The notes beneath the pieces are model-generated. The model was not told the DNA's origin and ran no database searches. It saw only the letters and a list, made by a program, of their open reading frames with translations. A DNA stretch of 64,000 bases from the NCBI GenBank assembly GCA_965217585.1, contig OZ244561.1, positions 1,568,001-1,632,000 on the forward strand, read 5' to 3'. The DNA is from Candidatus Latescibacterota bacterium (GTDB lineage: Bacteria; Latescibacterota; UBA2968; UBA8231). Shown piece by piece: positions 48,356 to 59,113 of the stretch (within the stretch, counting starts at the first letter, position 1; each line of letters begins with the position of its first letter). A program made the translations under genes and the position numbers.

Positions 48356-49006
48356 CTAGAGGGTGTCCAACTGCGCCCGCAGCCAAGCGTCCAAGTCCTC
48401 TAAGCACGGCTGGGCAATCGCGTGGGGCATATCGTATTCTTTGTACAGCAAGTCCAACCCGAGGGGAGCGAGCAGGTCTCTGGAGGCGCGGGCTTGGGCA
48501 ATGGGGATGACTGGATCAAAGCGCCCGTGCGACATAAAAATCTTCAGGCCACGCACCGACGCCGTATCTTCCGGCACCATATCCGGACTGCACACCCCGC
48601 TCAATGCAATGGCCCCGGCAAAGTCCCGAGGCCGCTTTAGCGCGGCCGCCAAGGCCATGCTCGCCCCTTGGCTGAACCCCGCGATGAAGATGCGCGCGGG
48701 ACGGTGCACTCGCCGCAGCGCGTCCACCAAGGACAATATCTGCGCTAGAGGTTCTGCGGCCTCAGCAAAATCAAAGCGCACTCCCTCCGCGCCGATCTCG
48801 ATATTAAACCATGCGAAACCGCCGAAATCGAGCGCATAAGGCGCGCGGGCACTGACGCAAACAAGCCGCGCATCCAAGTGCGGCGCCAAGCCCAGCAGAT
48901 CCTCCTCATTGGCACCATAGCCGTGCAAAAGTAGGAGCAGTGGCGCACCCTCGGAGGGTATGTCGGGCGACTTGTGGGCAACGTGGTAGAGGGACGCTGT
49001 GGCCAT
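48356..49006 (-). CDS. Phospholipase/carboxylesterase
   Basis: LLHGYG, GFSQGA, HGRFDPVIP, MPH. Confidence 0.92.
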   Translation of the reverse strand: MATASLYHVAHKSPDIPSEGAPLLLLLHGYGANEEDLLGLAPHLDARLVCVSARAPYALDFGGFAWFNIEIGAEGVRFDFAEAAEPLAQILSLVDALRRVHRPARIFIAGFSQGASMALAAALKRPRDFAGAIALSGVCSPDMVPEDTASVRGLKIFMSHGRFDPVIPIAQARASRDLLAPLGLDLLYKEYDMPHAIAQPCLEDLDAWLRAQLDTL

Positions 49007-49013
49007 GTCGCCG

Positions 49014-51116
49014 CTACTTTACCGAGACCTCGTACTGCCCAGCCCGCCGCAACACCATCACCATCCGCTCCTCTTGGCTGATCAGCTCATGCACGTGGAA
49101 GTTGGGGTGGGCCTTCTCGTTGCGCCACACCGTCTCGCCGTTGATTTCGATTTGGGGGAAGCGCTTGTCGCAACGGGGTACGGAAAAGTGCGTTGCGCCG
49201 TCGTGCGGCACGGTAAGGCGTGCGGAAAAGCCGCCGCCATACGCCCCCCAAGCGACCTCGACATCGCCGTGCGGCGTGGGCACGACGCCCTCGGCGCGTT
49301 CGAGCCCGGACAACTGCGGCCGAACCTCCAAGATCCCCTCGGCCGTAGGCACAATCCCTAGCACGTGGGCCGCCAGCAAGCTCTCCGGCCCGGGTTGCGC
49401 GGCCGACGACCCGGCCTTCTCACCCCACGTCCGGCCCGGGCGCGCCAGCAAGCGGCCCCATTTTTTTTGTACGTAAGCCAAAGCCGACTCGCCTGCGCCC
49501 GCCCGCCACAGCGCCCCAGCGACAAAAAACGCCTGCCAAAAATCGTCTTCTGACGCCAAGCCGCCGGCTAGGTGCTGCGCCACGCGCATCTGCTGTCTGG
49601 GATTGGCCAAAGCAAAATAGAGCACCAAGGCATTCGTCCAGCGGCTGCAATCACCGGCCCCGGCAGCATCGGCAAAAAGCCCTTGCTCTTCGCTCCAAGC
49701 GGCTTGCAATCCCTTGCGCGCCCGGTGATGGGCGCGCTCGCATTGGATGGCTTGCTGACGGTCACCGATGCGCCGACACAAGGCCGCGACCGCTTGCCAA
49801 GCTCCGGCCCGCAGGGCGACAGTAGCGGTCGCTGGCGCGGATTCGTCTTCGGCCGTTTGCAATCCGTTCACTAGGCTCGCTAGCCGCTCGGCAGTCAATC
49901 GGTCGCCGCTGTGGCGCTGCGTCAGCTCGACAAACAGCGCGTGGAAACAGGCCTGTTCTCCGCCAATCGGTGCCTCGCTGCCGGCTAGCACAGCGCGCGC
50001 CGTATCCACGCTGCCGGTCGCGTACAAATCGTTCATGGCCCAAACGTAGAGCTGGTCCCAGTTGAGCCGTTCCTCGCCGAGGGCGTACCCCTCTTGGCGG
50101 CTAGCGGCTAAGGTTTGCTCTCCGGTGCGCCACAGTTGCGCCCAGTCTTCGTCCACGGTTGTAAAGCGTCCGCGCGCCGCGACGGCCACGCGACGCTCCA
50201 CCAGCGAGACACTGTCTATTTCCACTTGCTCTGGGCACGATCCGATCCGCACCACTAGGTAGCGGCACGTCGCCAATTGCGGCGACGTCCACTCTTGCAA
50301 CCCGTCGCGGCACACGTAGCGCAAGCGCGATTCCACCGCGCCCGCCGCCCGCGCAAAACCTAGGTCAATCACCGCGCCGGCCCGACCCCGCAGCCGCAGA
50401 TGAGGGAATCCGCGCAGCAACCGCCCGAAGTCCAAAACTATATACGCGGCCCGGGCTGCATCTTTTGCCTGCACCAAGGACTGGGTTTTACCGGCTGTCA
50501 GGAGCGCTTCCCGCCGCACGCATTTGGCGGTCTGCATGGCCTCGGGGTGGGCGACCCATTCGAGCACGCCCTCGCTAGCTACCTCGCCAAAAGCCATCAC
50601 CTCCCGCGCCCACACCATGCTTTCCTCAACGGGCAACGGCGACCAATCCCTCGGCGCGGCTCCGGCCACCACGGCGGCTTCCCGCCATCCCGCAAACCGC
50701 CCTTTGGCCCACTCAGCCGGTGCCAGCACGGCTGCGTAGCCGGCTGCGCCTTGCCAAGCATCGGCCGGCCGCACCTGCCAAGGCGTGCCGGTGTACAGCA
50801 CCTGCTCGGCCCCATCGCTACGCTCAATTTTTCCCTCGGCGCGGAACCAGTCTTCTGCACCGCGGCCCACGGCAAAGACCAACAACACATTTTCGCCATC
50901 CCGCAGCGCAGCATCTAAAGCGAACTGCTCCCACACGGCCACTTCTGCCGCCGCTGGCCCCAATCCCCTGCCCACTCGCTTGCCATTCAAGAACACCTCG
51001 TACGGCCCACTCGCAGCACAGCGCAATACGCCGTTGGCTGCTGCGCCGGTCAGGTGGAATTCGAGGCGGATATATACGGCCAACGCGGCCGGATGCCATA
51101 TAGCTTGCGAGCGCAT
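49014..51116 (-). CDS. GH78 alpha-L-rhamnosidase-like protein with degenerate catalytic motifs
   Basis: YEVFLNG, VLDFGR, RYLVV, C-terminal RPQLSGL..AEGVVPTPHGDVEVAW; canonical DCPxRER-W-GD not recognisable. Confidence 0.7.
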   Translation of the reverse strand: MRSQAIWHPAALAVYIRLEFHLTGAAANGVLRCAASGPYEVFLNGKRVGRGLGPAAAEVAVWEQFALDAALRDGENVLLVFAVGRGAEDWFRAEGKIERSDGAEQVLYTGTPWQVRPADAWQGAAGYAAVLAPAEWAKGRFAGWREAAVVAGAAPRDWSPLPVEESMVWAREVMAFGEVASEGVLEWVAHPEAMQTAKCVRREALLTAGKTQSLVQAKDAARAAYIVLDFGRLLRGFPHLRLRGRAGAVIDLGFARAAGAVESRLRYVCRDGLQEWTSPQLATCRYLVVRIGSCPEQVEIDSVSLVERRVAVAARGRFTTVDEDWAQLWRTGEQTLAASRQEGYALGEERLNWDQLYVWAMNDLYATGSVDTARAVLAGSEAPIGGEQACFHALFVELTQRHSGDRLTAERLASLVNGLQTAEDESAPATATVALRAGAWQAVAALCRRIGDRQQAIQCERAHHRARKGLQAAWSEEQGLFADAAGAGDCSRWTNALVLYFALANPRQQMRVAQHLAGGLASEDDFWQAFFVAGALWRAGAGESALAYVQKKWGRLLARPGRTWGEKAGSSAAQPGPESLLAAHVLGIVPTAEGILEVRPQLSGLERAEGVVPTPHGDVEVAWGAYGGGFSARLTVPHDGATHFSVPRCDKRFPQIEINGETVWRNEKAHPNFHVHELISQEERMVMVLRRAGQYEVSVK

Positions 51117-51118
51117 AC

Positions 51119-52501
51119 TCAATTTACGGGCATCCGCATCCCTACCAGCCGCGTCCCTCGCTCTCCCAGCACCCGCATCCTAAACGCGGCCCCTAGCTCA
51201 ATTTCTGCCAATGCATCCTCATAGTCTTCCACGGTTTCCACCTGTTCGTCGTTGATCTCCTGAATGAGCATCCCTCGGCGCAAATTCCGCTTCGCCGCCT
51301 CACTGCCTCTGGCCACCCGCACGATCACCACCCCAGATTCGTCTTCGTACCCCAAGCGTTCCGCCCACTCGTCCTTTAGGTTCTCCACCCTTAAACCCAG
51401 CGGCCCCCGCGCCTCGTTGGAATCTCGGGTACCGGCTGTCGAGGCGAGTACCTCTTCGGTCAGGGCTTCCAACTCGACCTTGATGCGCTTCCTCTCGCCA
51501 TCGCGCAACACCAGCAACTCGACCTCCACGCCGGGGGCCGTACGCCCGATTAGACTTCTCAGGTCGACCGCATTAGGCACGGGTTGCCCATCGACTTCCA
51601 GCACTATGTCGTCTCTTTTGACACCGGCCTTATCTGCCGCTCGCCCGGAACTCACGCCGGTGATCAACACGCCTTGGGTATTGTCCAGCCCCATGGCTTC
51701 GGCCAACAGCGGCTTCAAGTTGTCGATATTCACGCCGAGCAAACCGCGCCGCACCTCGCCGTGTTCAATAAGCTGCTCGGCCACGTCCTTGACTAAGTTG
51801 ATCGGAATGGCAAAGCCAATGCCTATATTGCCGCCGTCGTTGCTGGAGATGGCGGTGTTGATGCCCACGAGTTCCCCGCGCAAGTTGACCAGCGCACCGC
51901 CGCTATTGCCCATATTAAGAGCGGCGTCGGTCTGGATGAAAGAGCCGTACTCGGCCCCGAAACGCTTCCGCCCCAGCGCACTGACCGTGCCCATAGTCAC
52001 GGAGTGGGCAAAGGTCAAGGGATTGCCTATGGCCATTACCCACTCGCCCTCGCGTAGCTGGTCTGAGTCGCCCAATGTAACGGTGGGCAGGTCCTCGACA
52101 TCGATCCGCAGCACGGCGACATCGCTCAACGAATCGCGGCCAACCACCTCGGCCTCAAAGAAACGCGAATCCGTCACTTCTACGCGGATGTCGTCGGCGC
52201 GGCGAATCACGTGGTTGTTGGTGATGATGTACTGCTGGCCGTCAAATTCAGCGATCACGCCCGAGCCTTGGCCACGGCGAGGCTGGTTGGGGGCGCGGAA
52301 GGGCCTTCTCCACGGAAGGTCAAACACGCGGCCTTCCTCGGTGCCCTCCGTGGTGATTTTTACGACGCCGGGCTTGACCTGCGCGGCGAGTTCGGCGAAG
52401 CCGTCGCTCATCTGGCGCAGGAGCTGCAAGTTCTCGCTGGCTCGGGCATTGCCAGCCACGGCGAGGCTTAAAATGAACAGGGAAAAGCAAAACTTCCGCA
52501 T
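51119..52501 (-). CDS. degP: HtrA/DegP (Do) serine endoprotease with two PDZ domains
   Basis: Signal peptide; GSG, TNNHV, DVAV, AIGNP, IQTDAALNMGNSGG, GIGFAIP. Confidence 0.93.
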   Translation of the reverse strand: MRKFCFSLFILSLAVAGNARASENLQLLRQMSDGFAELAAQVKPGVVKITTEGTEEGRVFDLPWRRPFRAPNQPRRGQGSGVIAEFDGQQYIITNNHVIRRADDIRVEVTDSRFFEAEVVGRDSLSDVAVLRIDVEDLPTVTLGDSDQLREGEWVMAIGNPLTFAHSVTMGTVSALGRKRFGAEYGSFIQTDAALNMGNSGGALVNLRGELVGINTAISSNDGGNIGIGFAIPINLVKDVAEQLIEHGEVRRGLLGVNIDNLKPLLAEAMGLDNTQGVLITGVSSGRAADKAGVKRDDIVLEVDGQPVPNAVDLRSLIGRTAPGVEVELLVLRDGERKRIKVELEALTEEVLASTAGTRDSNEARGPLGLRVENLKDEWAERLGYEDESGVVIVRVARGSEAAKRNLRRGMLIQEINDEQVETVEDYEDALAEIELGAAFRMRVLGERGTRLVGMRMPVN

Positions 52502-52594
52502 GGGTATTTCCTCTCTGAAAAAGGGTGTGAAAATACGGATAATTTTCAATGTCCACAAAAAGAGACGACAAGCACTAAACTGCGGTTCCCGCTT

Positions 52595-52630
52595 TAGAAG
52601 CTATCTGGAAATTCCGGGTATGACCCGAGC
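52595..52630 (+). repeat. Left end of the dispersed inverted-repeat element family (no matching right end seen)
   Basis: TAGAAGCTATCTGGAAATTCCGGGT shares 16 identical nt with 44842-44857. Confidence 0.5.
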
Positions 52631-52841
52631 GCGAGCACTTATACGCCGACTTTAGGCGGTGCAATCTCGGTTCCCGCTCAGGCCGGCGGCTGGTGCCGCA
52701 CGGCCAACTGGCCTTCGTCGAGCACCACCTCAACCCGCGACCTCTCCGGCATGTCGCCGGCCACTTGACACATCTAACCCATAGAATGGGACATTGTGGC
52801 ACTTAAGACGTTGGAATGGGCAGAAAAGGCCGAGGGGGCCG

Positions 52842-54284
52842 TCAGACGAGACTCAAGCGAAAAAACATCACGGAAATGGCGGTGCCTTTCGCTAAGCCTG
52901 GGAAGAGGCCGCCGCGCATGGCGAGGCTGGTCTCCAAGAAGTGGATCTGCATAGACGACAGCACAAACGGGCCGAAGGCAAAGCCGATCGCCGAACTGCT
53001 GCTCCGCCCGCCCAGCGACAGGCCAATGCGGGCCGGCAACCAGTCCGCCAGCCAGTACTCGACCCCACTGGCCAGCCGCGGTCGAGTCCGCATCCCAAAC
53101 TTAGAGCTGAACGCCTGGTCCCAATTGCCGACCACCGTTAGCTGGGGCGTGGCCTGATAGGCCACCCCGAGCCGCAGCATGGCCGGCAGCGAGCGCGAGA
53201 AAGGCTTTTGGCCGATCTGCTTGGTGAAGTCTGGATCGCCGTCGCCGTCGAAATCCGGGTTGTCGAATACTTCCTCAATGGACCGCGAGTCCGCGTCCAA
53301 GAAGCGGGAGATGCGCAATTCGTTGGCCGCGAGAAAAATGGAATCTTGGCGCGCTCCCCTGCTCCAAGAGAAGGTGTCGAGCAGATTGAGCACACTGAAG
53401 CTGAAGGTCGTCTTGCGGTTTTTGCTCCGGCCAGCGATGCCAACGTCGAGGCCAACGCCGAGGCCCATTTTGGCGTGCTGGGCAATTAGCCAAGCGTCCG
53501 CCTCGGCACCGCCGACGCGACCCACGAGCCCGGTGCCGCCGGATTCGATAATTTCTCCGTAGCTGCCCATCGAGAGCTTGAGCGTACTGCCAACTGTGAA
53601 CTCGCTTAGATAGGGTGCGAGACGAGCAGGCAGGGCGGGCTTCGCCGCGGCGACATTGAGCGTGCCCACGGCCCATCCCGATCCATTCCAGTCGCTGATG
53701 TCGTACCCTTCGCTCTTGCCGGCGGCCAAGCGGTCCTCTGCAAACTCGTTGCCAAAAAAGAAAAGCTCTAACACGTCCTTGGGAATTTCGCTCTCGACCC
53801 CGCTGGTGAACCCCACGGCAATGGCCGAGCGCACTTGTCCGATGGCAAAGGCCACGCCCCCGTTGAGCGGGAGGCCCGCGACGACCGTCGGCTCGATATC
53901 CCCATTCATGCGCAGGCCCGCGTCTGGGATGTCGGCCAACAGCTTCTTTTTTCTTACTGGGCTGATGTAGTACGGGCTACCGTTGGGGGATACGCTATCG
54001 TTGGCGTCCGTGAAGTGGGCGTTGTACGCGGCAACCGACAAACTGTTGTTTTCGGCAATCAAGCAAAGGCCCGCGCCGAGCAAGTCCCAAGAGAACTTGC
54101 GGCTGTCCGCAAGCGCTAAGTTCGCCGGATTCCAGAAGACGGCTTCTGGCCCGCGGGCCAGTGCGGTATAGGCTTGGCCCAGCGCCATGGCCCGGGGGCT
54201 GGCGTCACCGGGAACGGCGGCCACCGGCCCGTAAGCCCCGGCGATGAGTAGAGCCGCTATAACGATCAATCCCTTGCCTTGCAC
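52842..54284 (-). CDS. FadL/PorV/DUF5723-like outer-membrane beta-barrel
   Basis: Signal peptide; SPRAMALGQAY.ALARG.EAVFWNPANLA; GVGLDVG; SLPAMLRLGVAY; GVEY. Confidence 0.75.
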   Translation of the reverse strand: MQGKGLIVIAALLIAGAYGPVAAVPGDASPRAMALGQAYTALARGPEAVFWNPANLALADSRKFSWDLLGAGLCLIAENNSLSVAAYNAHFTDANDSVSPNGSPYYISPVRKKKLLADIPDAGLRMNGDIEPTVVAGLPLNGGVAFAIGQVRSAIAVGFTSGVESEIPKDVLELFFFGNEFAEDRLAAGKSEGYDISDWNGSGWAVGTLNVAAAKPALPARLAPYLSEFTVGSTLKLSMGSYGEIIESGGTGLVGRVGGAEADAWLIAQHAKMGLGVGLDVGIAGRSKNRKTTFSFSVLNLLDTFSWSRGARQDSIFLAANELRISRFLDADSRSIEEVFDNPDFDGDGDPDFTKQIGQKPFSRSLPAMLRLGVAYQATPQLTVVGNWDQAFSSKFGMRTRPRLASGVEYWLADWLPARIGLSLGGRSSSSAIGFAFGPFVLSSMQIHFLETSLAMRGGLFPGLAKGTAISVMFFRLSLV

Positions 54285-54291
54285 CTGTACC

Positions 54292-55863
54292 CTATTCGAC
54301 CAAGTCCTCGTTGAATTCCATGAAAATCACCGCTCCAGCCTCCACGGCGATGAAGTCGCTCCCCCGCATCACTACCTCGCGCGACGTCTTTTCCAACTCG
54401 ACCAGCATACCCGTATAGACGCCGTCCTCCCGCAGAAAGACCTGCACGTCTTCGTCCGAGAGCGCGATCCGTTGGTGGCTGAATGCACTCGCCACAACCT
54501 GCCCCTCGGAGCCGACATCGCCGGCACCCACCACAAAGGAACCCTGCTTGGGAATCCGCAGATAGCCGTTGGCCTCGTTGTCGGTGAATAGGTCTTCACT
54601 GCCGTACACATCTTCAACCTTCGGCGCGACCCACAGGCTGACGCGGATCGCGGTGGGCAGGTGATTTTCAATCGCGGTGATTACGGCGGCACTGTCGAGG
54701 CTGGCGTGGATACGGCGGCGGGCATCGTCGTCCTGTAGGCGGCGGAAGATCGGGTCGATCTCAATGCGGGTGTCTTCCGCTAGCTGAAAATGGCCCTGCG
54801 TTGCAAAGCGCACGTGGTCGATCTGCACCCAATGACTAGCGTCGATGACCTCCACCGCCTCGCCGTCGCCGATGCGCACGGTCGGCGCGACTGCGACTTC
54901 GGTCGGCAGCAGGTTGAGAAACTCGGTCAGCTCTGCGGAGGCTAGCGATAAGGTGAGTGACACCGGGTGGTCTGGGTCGCCGCGCTGGAACGCTGCGGAA
55001 ATCATCAGGGAACTCCGCTCGCCTTGGCCGTTGGTGCCCTCGATCTGGAGGTCAATGCGGCTGCGGAAACCAACGCCCGACGTCAAGCCGACTTCTAGGG
55101 CAACCGAGTTGAAGGCGATCTGGTCTAAGCCCGCGGGAAAATTGATCATGCGGGCGACTGGTGCGACCGGCAGGAGGATCTCGTCGAGCACCCCCTCGAC
55201 GCGGCTGAAGAGCAAACTCTCGGTCTCAGCCTCTAGCAGTAGCTCGTCGGTGGTGACAGCCTCGGCCAACTCGCCCTGCACTCGGTATGAAAACCGCAAT
55301 TCGAGGGGGTTCTGCGGAGCAAATTCGCTGCCGGCCAAGTCAAAGGACACGGTCTTGCTCTCGTTGGGGGCAAGCGCGTCGATGAGGAAGGCATGGGGCG
55401 TGCCGTCCGGCCTTGTGACATCGTCCAAGACCAGCTCGACCTGCAAAGGGATCGCGGTCTGGTTGGTCGCCTTGATAGTCAGATCTCCCTCGGCGATGAC
55501 TGCGTGCGCAATTTGGATGCGGTCGTCGGCAAAGGCGAGGACCTCGGTCTTGGCAATGGCATCGTCAGCCGGCCCAATCGGCACTGCCAAGGCCGTGGAG
55601 ACGAGCGCGACGCGAAGGCGGTCGCCGACTTCCTCGCGGTGGTTGAAGTCCGCGGTAAAATCTACCGCGAGCAGGCCCTCGTCGTCGATCTTCAGGAAGT
55701 CGGCGCGCTCGGCGGCCAAGTCCTGCACCGTCGTCCGATCGGCGGCGACCGGGATGCTGAGCTGGAAATTGGTGCTGGGAATTTGGGGGGAGTTTACCGC
55801 ACAGCCCGTCAACGCTCCGGCTCCTAGGAGCGCACTCAACCATCGGCACAGTACGGCAATCAT
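54292..55863 (-). CDS. Large beta-rich lipoprotein, partner of the downstream barrel
   Basis: Lipobox LTGC; P...LSIP motif; repeated N.xP/N.LP beta-sandwich-like segments. Confidence 0.7.
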   Translation of the reverse strand: MIAVLCRWLSALLGAGALTGCAVNSPQIPSTNFQLSIPVAADRTTVQDLAAERADFLKIDDEGLLAVDFTADFNHREEVGDRLRVALVSTALAVPIGPADDAIAKTEVLAFADDRIQIAHAVIAEGDLTIKATNQTAIPLQVELVLDDVTRPDGTPHAFLIDALAPNESKTVSFDLAGSEFAPQNPLELRFSYRVQGELAEAVTTDELLLEAETESLLFSRVEGVLDEILLPVAPVARMINFPAGLDQIAFNSVALEVGLTSGVGFRSRIDLQIEGTNGQGERSSLMISAAFQRGDPDHPVSLTLSLASAELTEFLNLLPTEVAVAPTVRIGDGEAVEVIDASHWVQIDHVRFATQGHFQLAEDTRIEIDPIFRRLQDDDARRRIHASLDSAAVITAIENHLPTAIRVSLWVAPKVEDVYGSEDLFTDNEANGYLRIPKQGSFVVGAGDVGSEGQVVASAFSHQRIALSDEDVQVFLREDGVYTGMLVELEKTSREVVMRGSDFIAVEAGAVIFMEFNEDLVE

Positions 55864-55882
55864 CTGCTAGCCGCTCAAGGCT

Positions 55883-57049
55883 CTATTTGATCCCCACGGC
55901 CTGGCGCAGCGGCTCAACCTTGTCGGTCCGTTCCCAGACGAACTCCGGCTCTTCGCGTCCAAAGTGACCGTAGTTGGTGGTTTTCCGGTAGATGGGTCGC
56001 CTCAGTTGTAGGACCTCAATGATGCCTTTGGGAGTTAGCTCGAAGACCTTTTCCACGGCCGCGGCGATCTCCTCGTCGGGCGCGACGCCCGTGCCAAAGG
56101 TATCGACCCGCACGGATACGGGTGCGGCCACGCCAATGGCATAGGCCAGTTGCACTTGGCAGCGAGCGGCCAAGCGGGCGGCCACCACGTTCTTGGCCAC
56201 GTAGCGCGCCATGTAGTGGGCACTGCGGTCCACCTTGCTGGGGTCCTTGCCGGAAAAGGCACCCCCGCCGTGAGGGCACGCGCCCCCGTAGGTGTCGACG
56301 ATAATCTTGCGGCCGGTCAATCCGCAGTCGCCGTGCGGCCCGCCGATGACAAAGCGACCCGTGGGGTTGACGTGGTATTGGGTGTCTGCGTCGAGCAGGT
56401 GGGTGGGGATTACTTCTTTTATGACCTGTTCAATCATGTCTTTTTCGATCTGCGCGTGACTGGCCTCGGGGGCGTGTTGGGTCGAGAGGACCACGGCCCC
56501 TACCCGCACGGGCTGGCCGTCGTCGTACTCGACAGTGACCTGAGACTTAGCGTCCGGGCGTAGATAGGAAATTTTCTCGTCCTTGCGCAGCCGCGTCAGA
56601 TGCTGCATCAGCGCGTGCGCGAGGGTAATGGGGAGCGGCATGAGTTGGGGGGTTTCGCGACAGGCATAGCCAAACATCATGCCTTGGTCGCCAGCGCCCT
56701 CTTCCTTGTGCAGCCCCTCGCCCTCGTTGACGCCCTGGGCTATGTCGGGCGATTGCTGGCCCAAGGCCACGAGAATATCGCACGAGCGAAAGTCAAAGCC
56801 TTGCTCGGGATCGCAGTAGCCAATATCGGCGATGACCTGCCTGACGAGGGCCTCGATGTCTAGGCGAGCTTCGCTTTTAACCTCGCCAGCGACGACGACT
56901 TGGCCGGTGGTAACTAGCGTCTCGCAGGCGACTCGTGCGTTGGAGTCCTCGGCGAGCATGGCGTCGAGCACGGCGTCGGAAATCTGGTCGGCAACCTTGT
57001 CGGGGTGCCCTTCGGACACGGATTCGGAAGTAAATATGTATTTGGACAT
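55883..57049 (-). CDS. metK: S-adenosylmethionine synthetase
   Basis: [39 protein letters not shown]; GAAGGAG RBS. Confidence 0.98.
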   Translation of the reverse strand: MSKYIFTSESVSEGHPDKVADQISDAVLDAMLAEDSNARVACETLVTTGQVVVAGEVKSEARLDIEALVRQVIADIGYCDPEQGFDFRSCDILVALGQQSPDIAQGVNEGEGLHKEEGAGDQGMMFGYACRETPQLMPLPITLAHALMQHLTRLRKDEKISYLRPDAKSQVTVEYDDGQPVRVGAVVLSTQHAPEASHAQIEKDMIEQVIKEVIPTHLLDADTQYHVNPTGRFVIGGPHGDCGLTGRKIIVDTYGGACPHGGGAFSGKDPSKVDRSAHYMARYVAKNVVAARLAARCQVQLAYAIGVAAPVSVRVDTFGTGVAPDEEIAAAVEKVFELTPKGIIEVLQLRRPIYRKTTNYGHFGREEPEFVWERTDKVEPLRQAVGIK

Positions 57050-57068
57050 AGTGTATTCCCAAGCTCCT

Positions 57069-58835
57069 TCAGTTATACTTCTGACGCCAGAAGGGTACGT
57101 ACTCGCCGACGGCATCCTCCAAATGCCGCCGCACCTCAGCACCAGTGTCCATGGCCAAGCATTCGCTGGCGATCTGCTGTGCCTTTTCAGCGTGGATGGC
57201 GCGAATGACCTCCTTGACTTCCGGGATGAGCCCGGGGCTTAGGCTCAGACAATCCAGCCCGAGCCCGATCAAGAGCGTCGTGGCCAGGGGGTCGCCAGCC
57301 ATCTCGCCGCAGATGCTCACGGGCGTGTTGGTGCGCTGGCCGCTGTCGGCGACCATCTTGATCAAGCGCAGGACCGCCGGGTGAAACGGGTCGTAGAGCC
57401 AAGCTACTTTGCTCATGCCGCGATCCACGGCCAACGCGTACTGGGTCAGGTCGTTGGTGCCGAGGCTGAAAAAATCTACTTCGCCGGCAAAGTGATCGGC
57501 CATCAAGGCCACGGACGGCACTTCGACCATAATGCCCAGCTTGCAATGCTCGGCAAAGGGTCGCCCCGCCGCCCGCAGCTCGTCTTTGGTTTCCTCCAGT
57601 AACACCCGGATGCGCCGCAACTCGTTCAGGCTAGATATCATCGGCAATAAAATCTGAGCCTCGCCGTGTGCCCCGGCCCTGAGCAGGGCGCGTAGCTGCG
57701 TCTTGAATAGGTCTGGGGTATCGAGACAAATGCGGATGCCGCGCCACCCCAAGAAGGGATTGGCCTCGGGCGGCACCTCCAAGACGTGAGACAGCTTGTC
57801 GCCGCCCAAGTCCATGGTGCGGATCACCACGGGATGCGGAGCCAGCGATTCGACGAGGGCGGAATAGACCTTGAACTGCTCCTCCTCAGAGGGCAAGCGG
57901 TAGTTGAGATACAGGAACTCGGTGCGGTACATGCCCACGCCGCGGGCGCCGTGGTCGAGCGCCATCTGCACTTCGGTATTCACATCGACATTGGCCATCA
58001 ATACGATTTCCTGCCCGTCTCGGGTAACGGCGGGCAAGTTTCGACGCCGCTCTAGGTTGCGCTCGCGCCGAAGCTGACGCCGCCGCCGCGCCCGATAGCG
58101 CCGCTCGCCGAGGGCATCGGGCCGCAGGTGGACCTGGCCTTCGTTGCCATCGACGACCACCAAGTCGCCGTCCGCCACTTGCCGCGAACAGTCGCCGGTG
58201 CCGACGACCGTAGGTAGCTGCAACGAGCGAGCGATGATAGCCGTATGCGAAGCCGCGCCGCCAGCATCGAGCACCACGCCTTTGATCCGACGGCGCTCTA
58301 GGCGCACCATCTCCGAGGGCAGCAAGTCGTGGGCTAGGACAATCGTGTTGGCGCGGAGCGAATCGAGCGCTTTGACCTCGCCTCCCGCCAACCGCATCAA
58401 TACCTGGTTTTCGATATCCGCTACGTCGCTTATCCGCGCCCGCAGGTATTCGTTTTCAATGTTGCCGAAGGCCTCCTTGACTCTCTCCAACTCTTGGGCG
58501 TACGCCCGCTCGGCTGAATAGTTCTTGCCGAGGATCAACGCCTCGGTGCGCTCTTTTATAGATGGGTCCTCTAGCATGGCTAGCTGGGCGTCGAATATCT
58601 GCGCCAGTTCCTCTCCCTGCTCGCTGGCCACCCAGCGGCGAATGCGCCGAATCTCGTCCCCAGCTTGATGGAGTATGTTGCGAAAGCGCTCGACCTCCGC
58701 CCCAACCAGATGCTGCGCCACGCGTCGGCGGGTTATGACCGGGGCTCGCTTGTGGTATGCGAAAGCTCGGCCAATGCCAATGCCGGGGGAAACGCATATG
58801 CCATCGAAAACCCTATGTGTGCTGGTCGTGGTCAA
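57069..58835 (-). CDS. ptsI: PTS enzyme I
   Basis: SHTAI phospho-His, [37 protein letters not shown]. Confidence 0.96.
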   Translation of the reverse strand: MTTTSTHRVFDGICVSPGIGIGRAFAYHKRAPVITRRRVAQHLVGAEVERFRNILHQAGDEIRRIRRWVASEQGEELAQIFDAQLAMLEDPSIKERTEALILGKNYSAERAYAQELERVKEAFGNIENEYLRARISDVADIENQVLMRLAGGEVKALDSLRANTIVLAHDLLPSEMVRLERRRIKGVVLDAGGAASHTAIIARSLQLPTVVGTGDCSRQVADGDLVVVDGNEGQVHLRPDALGERRYRARRRRQLRRERNLERRRNLPAVTRDGQEIVLMANVDVNTEVQMALDHGARGVGMYRTEFLYLNYRLPSEEEQFKVYSALVESLAPHPVVIRTMDLGGDKLSHVLEVPPEANPFLGWRGIRICLDTPDLFKTQLRALLRAGAHGEAQILLPMISSLNELRRIRVLLEETKDELRAAGRPFAEHCKLGIMVEVPSVALMADHFAGEVDFFSLGTNDLTQYALAVDRGMSKVAWLYDPFHPAVLRLIKMVADSGQRTNTPVSICGEMAGDPLATTLLIGLGLDCLSLSPGLIPEVKEVIRAIHAEKAQQIASECLAMDTGAEVRRHLEDAVGEYVPFWRQKYN

Positions 58836-59104
58836 GTTTGCCCCTCGAATGTGCTCTCCAGCAGGGAGACCATGGCCTCGACGGCCGCATCCTCGTCCTC
58901 GCCCTCGGCCCGGACGGCGACTTGGGCACCTTGCTCGGCGGCCAGCATCATCACGCCCATGATGCTTTTGCCGTTGACCCCATCGACGTCGCCTTTGGAA
59001 AGGTAAATGTCGGCCTTAAACTGTGCCGCCCTCTGCACCAAGAGCGCGGCCGGACGAGCGTGAATACCCAGCGGATTGTTGATCGTGACCGTCTTTTCAA
59101 CCAT
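58832..59104 (-). CDS. ptsH: Phosphocarrier protein HPr
   Basis: GIHARPA (His15), KSIMGVM (Ser46). Confidence 0.96.
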   Translation of the reverse strand: MVEKTVTINNPLGIHARPAALLVQRAAQFKADIYLSKGDVDGVNGKSIMGVMMLAAEQGAQVAVRAEGEDEDAAVEAMVSLLESTFEGQT

Positions 59105-59113
59105 GGCCCATTG

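Noticed and set aside
51264-52655. 463-aa ORF on the + strand
   Set aside because: Antisense shadow of degP, expected from GC-rich codon bias; no motifs
54845-55870. 341-aa + strand ORF (likewise 4683-5564, 33334-34209, 34004-34924, 59835-60770)
   Set aside because: All are antisense to well-supported genes and have S/R/A/P-rich shadow composition
57050-57068. SAM riboswitch upstream of metK
   Set aside because: Only 19 bp separate ptsI and metK; no room
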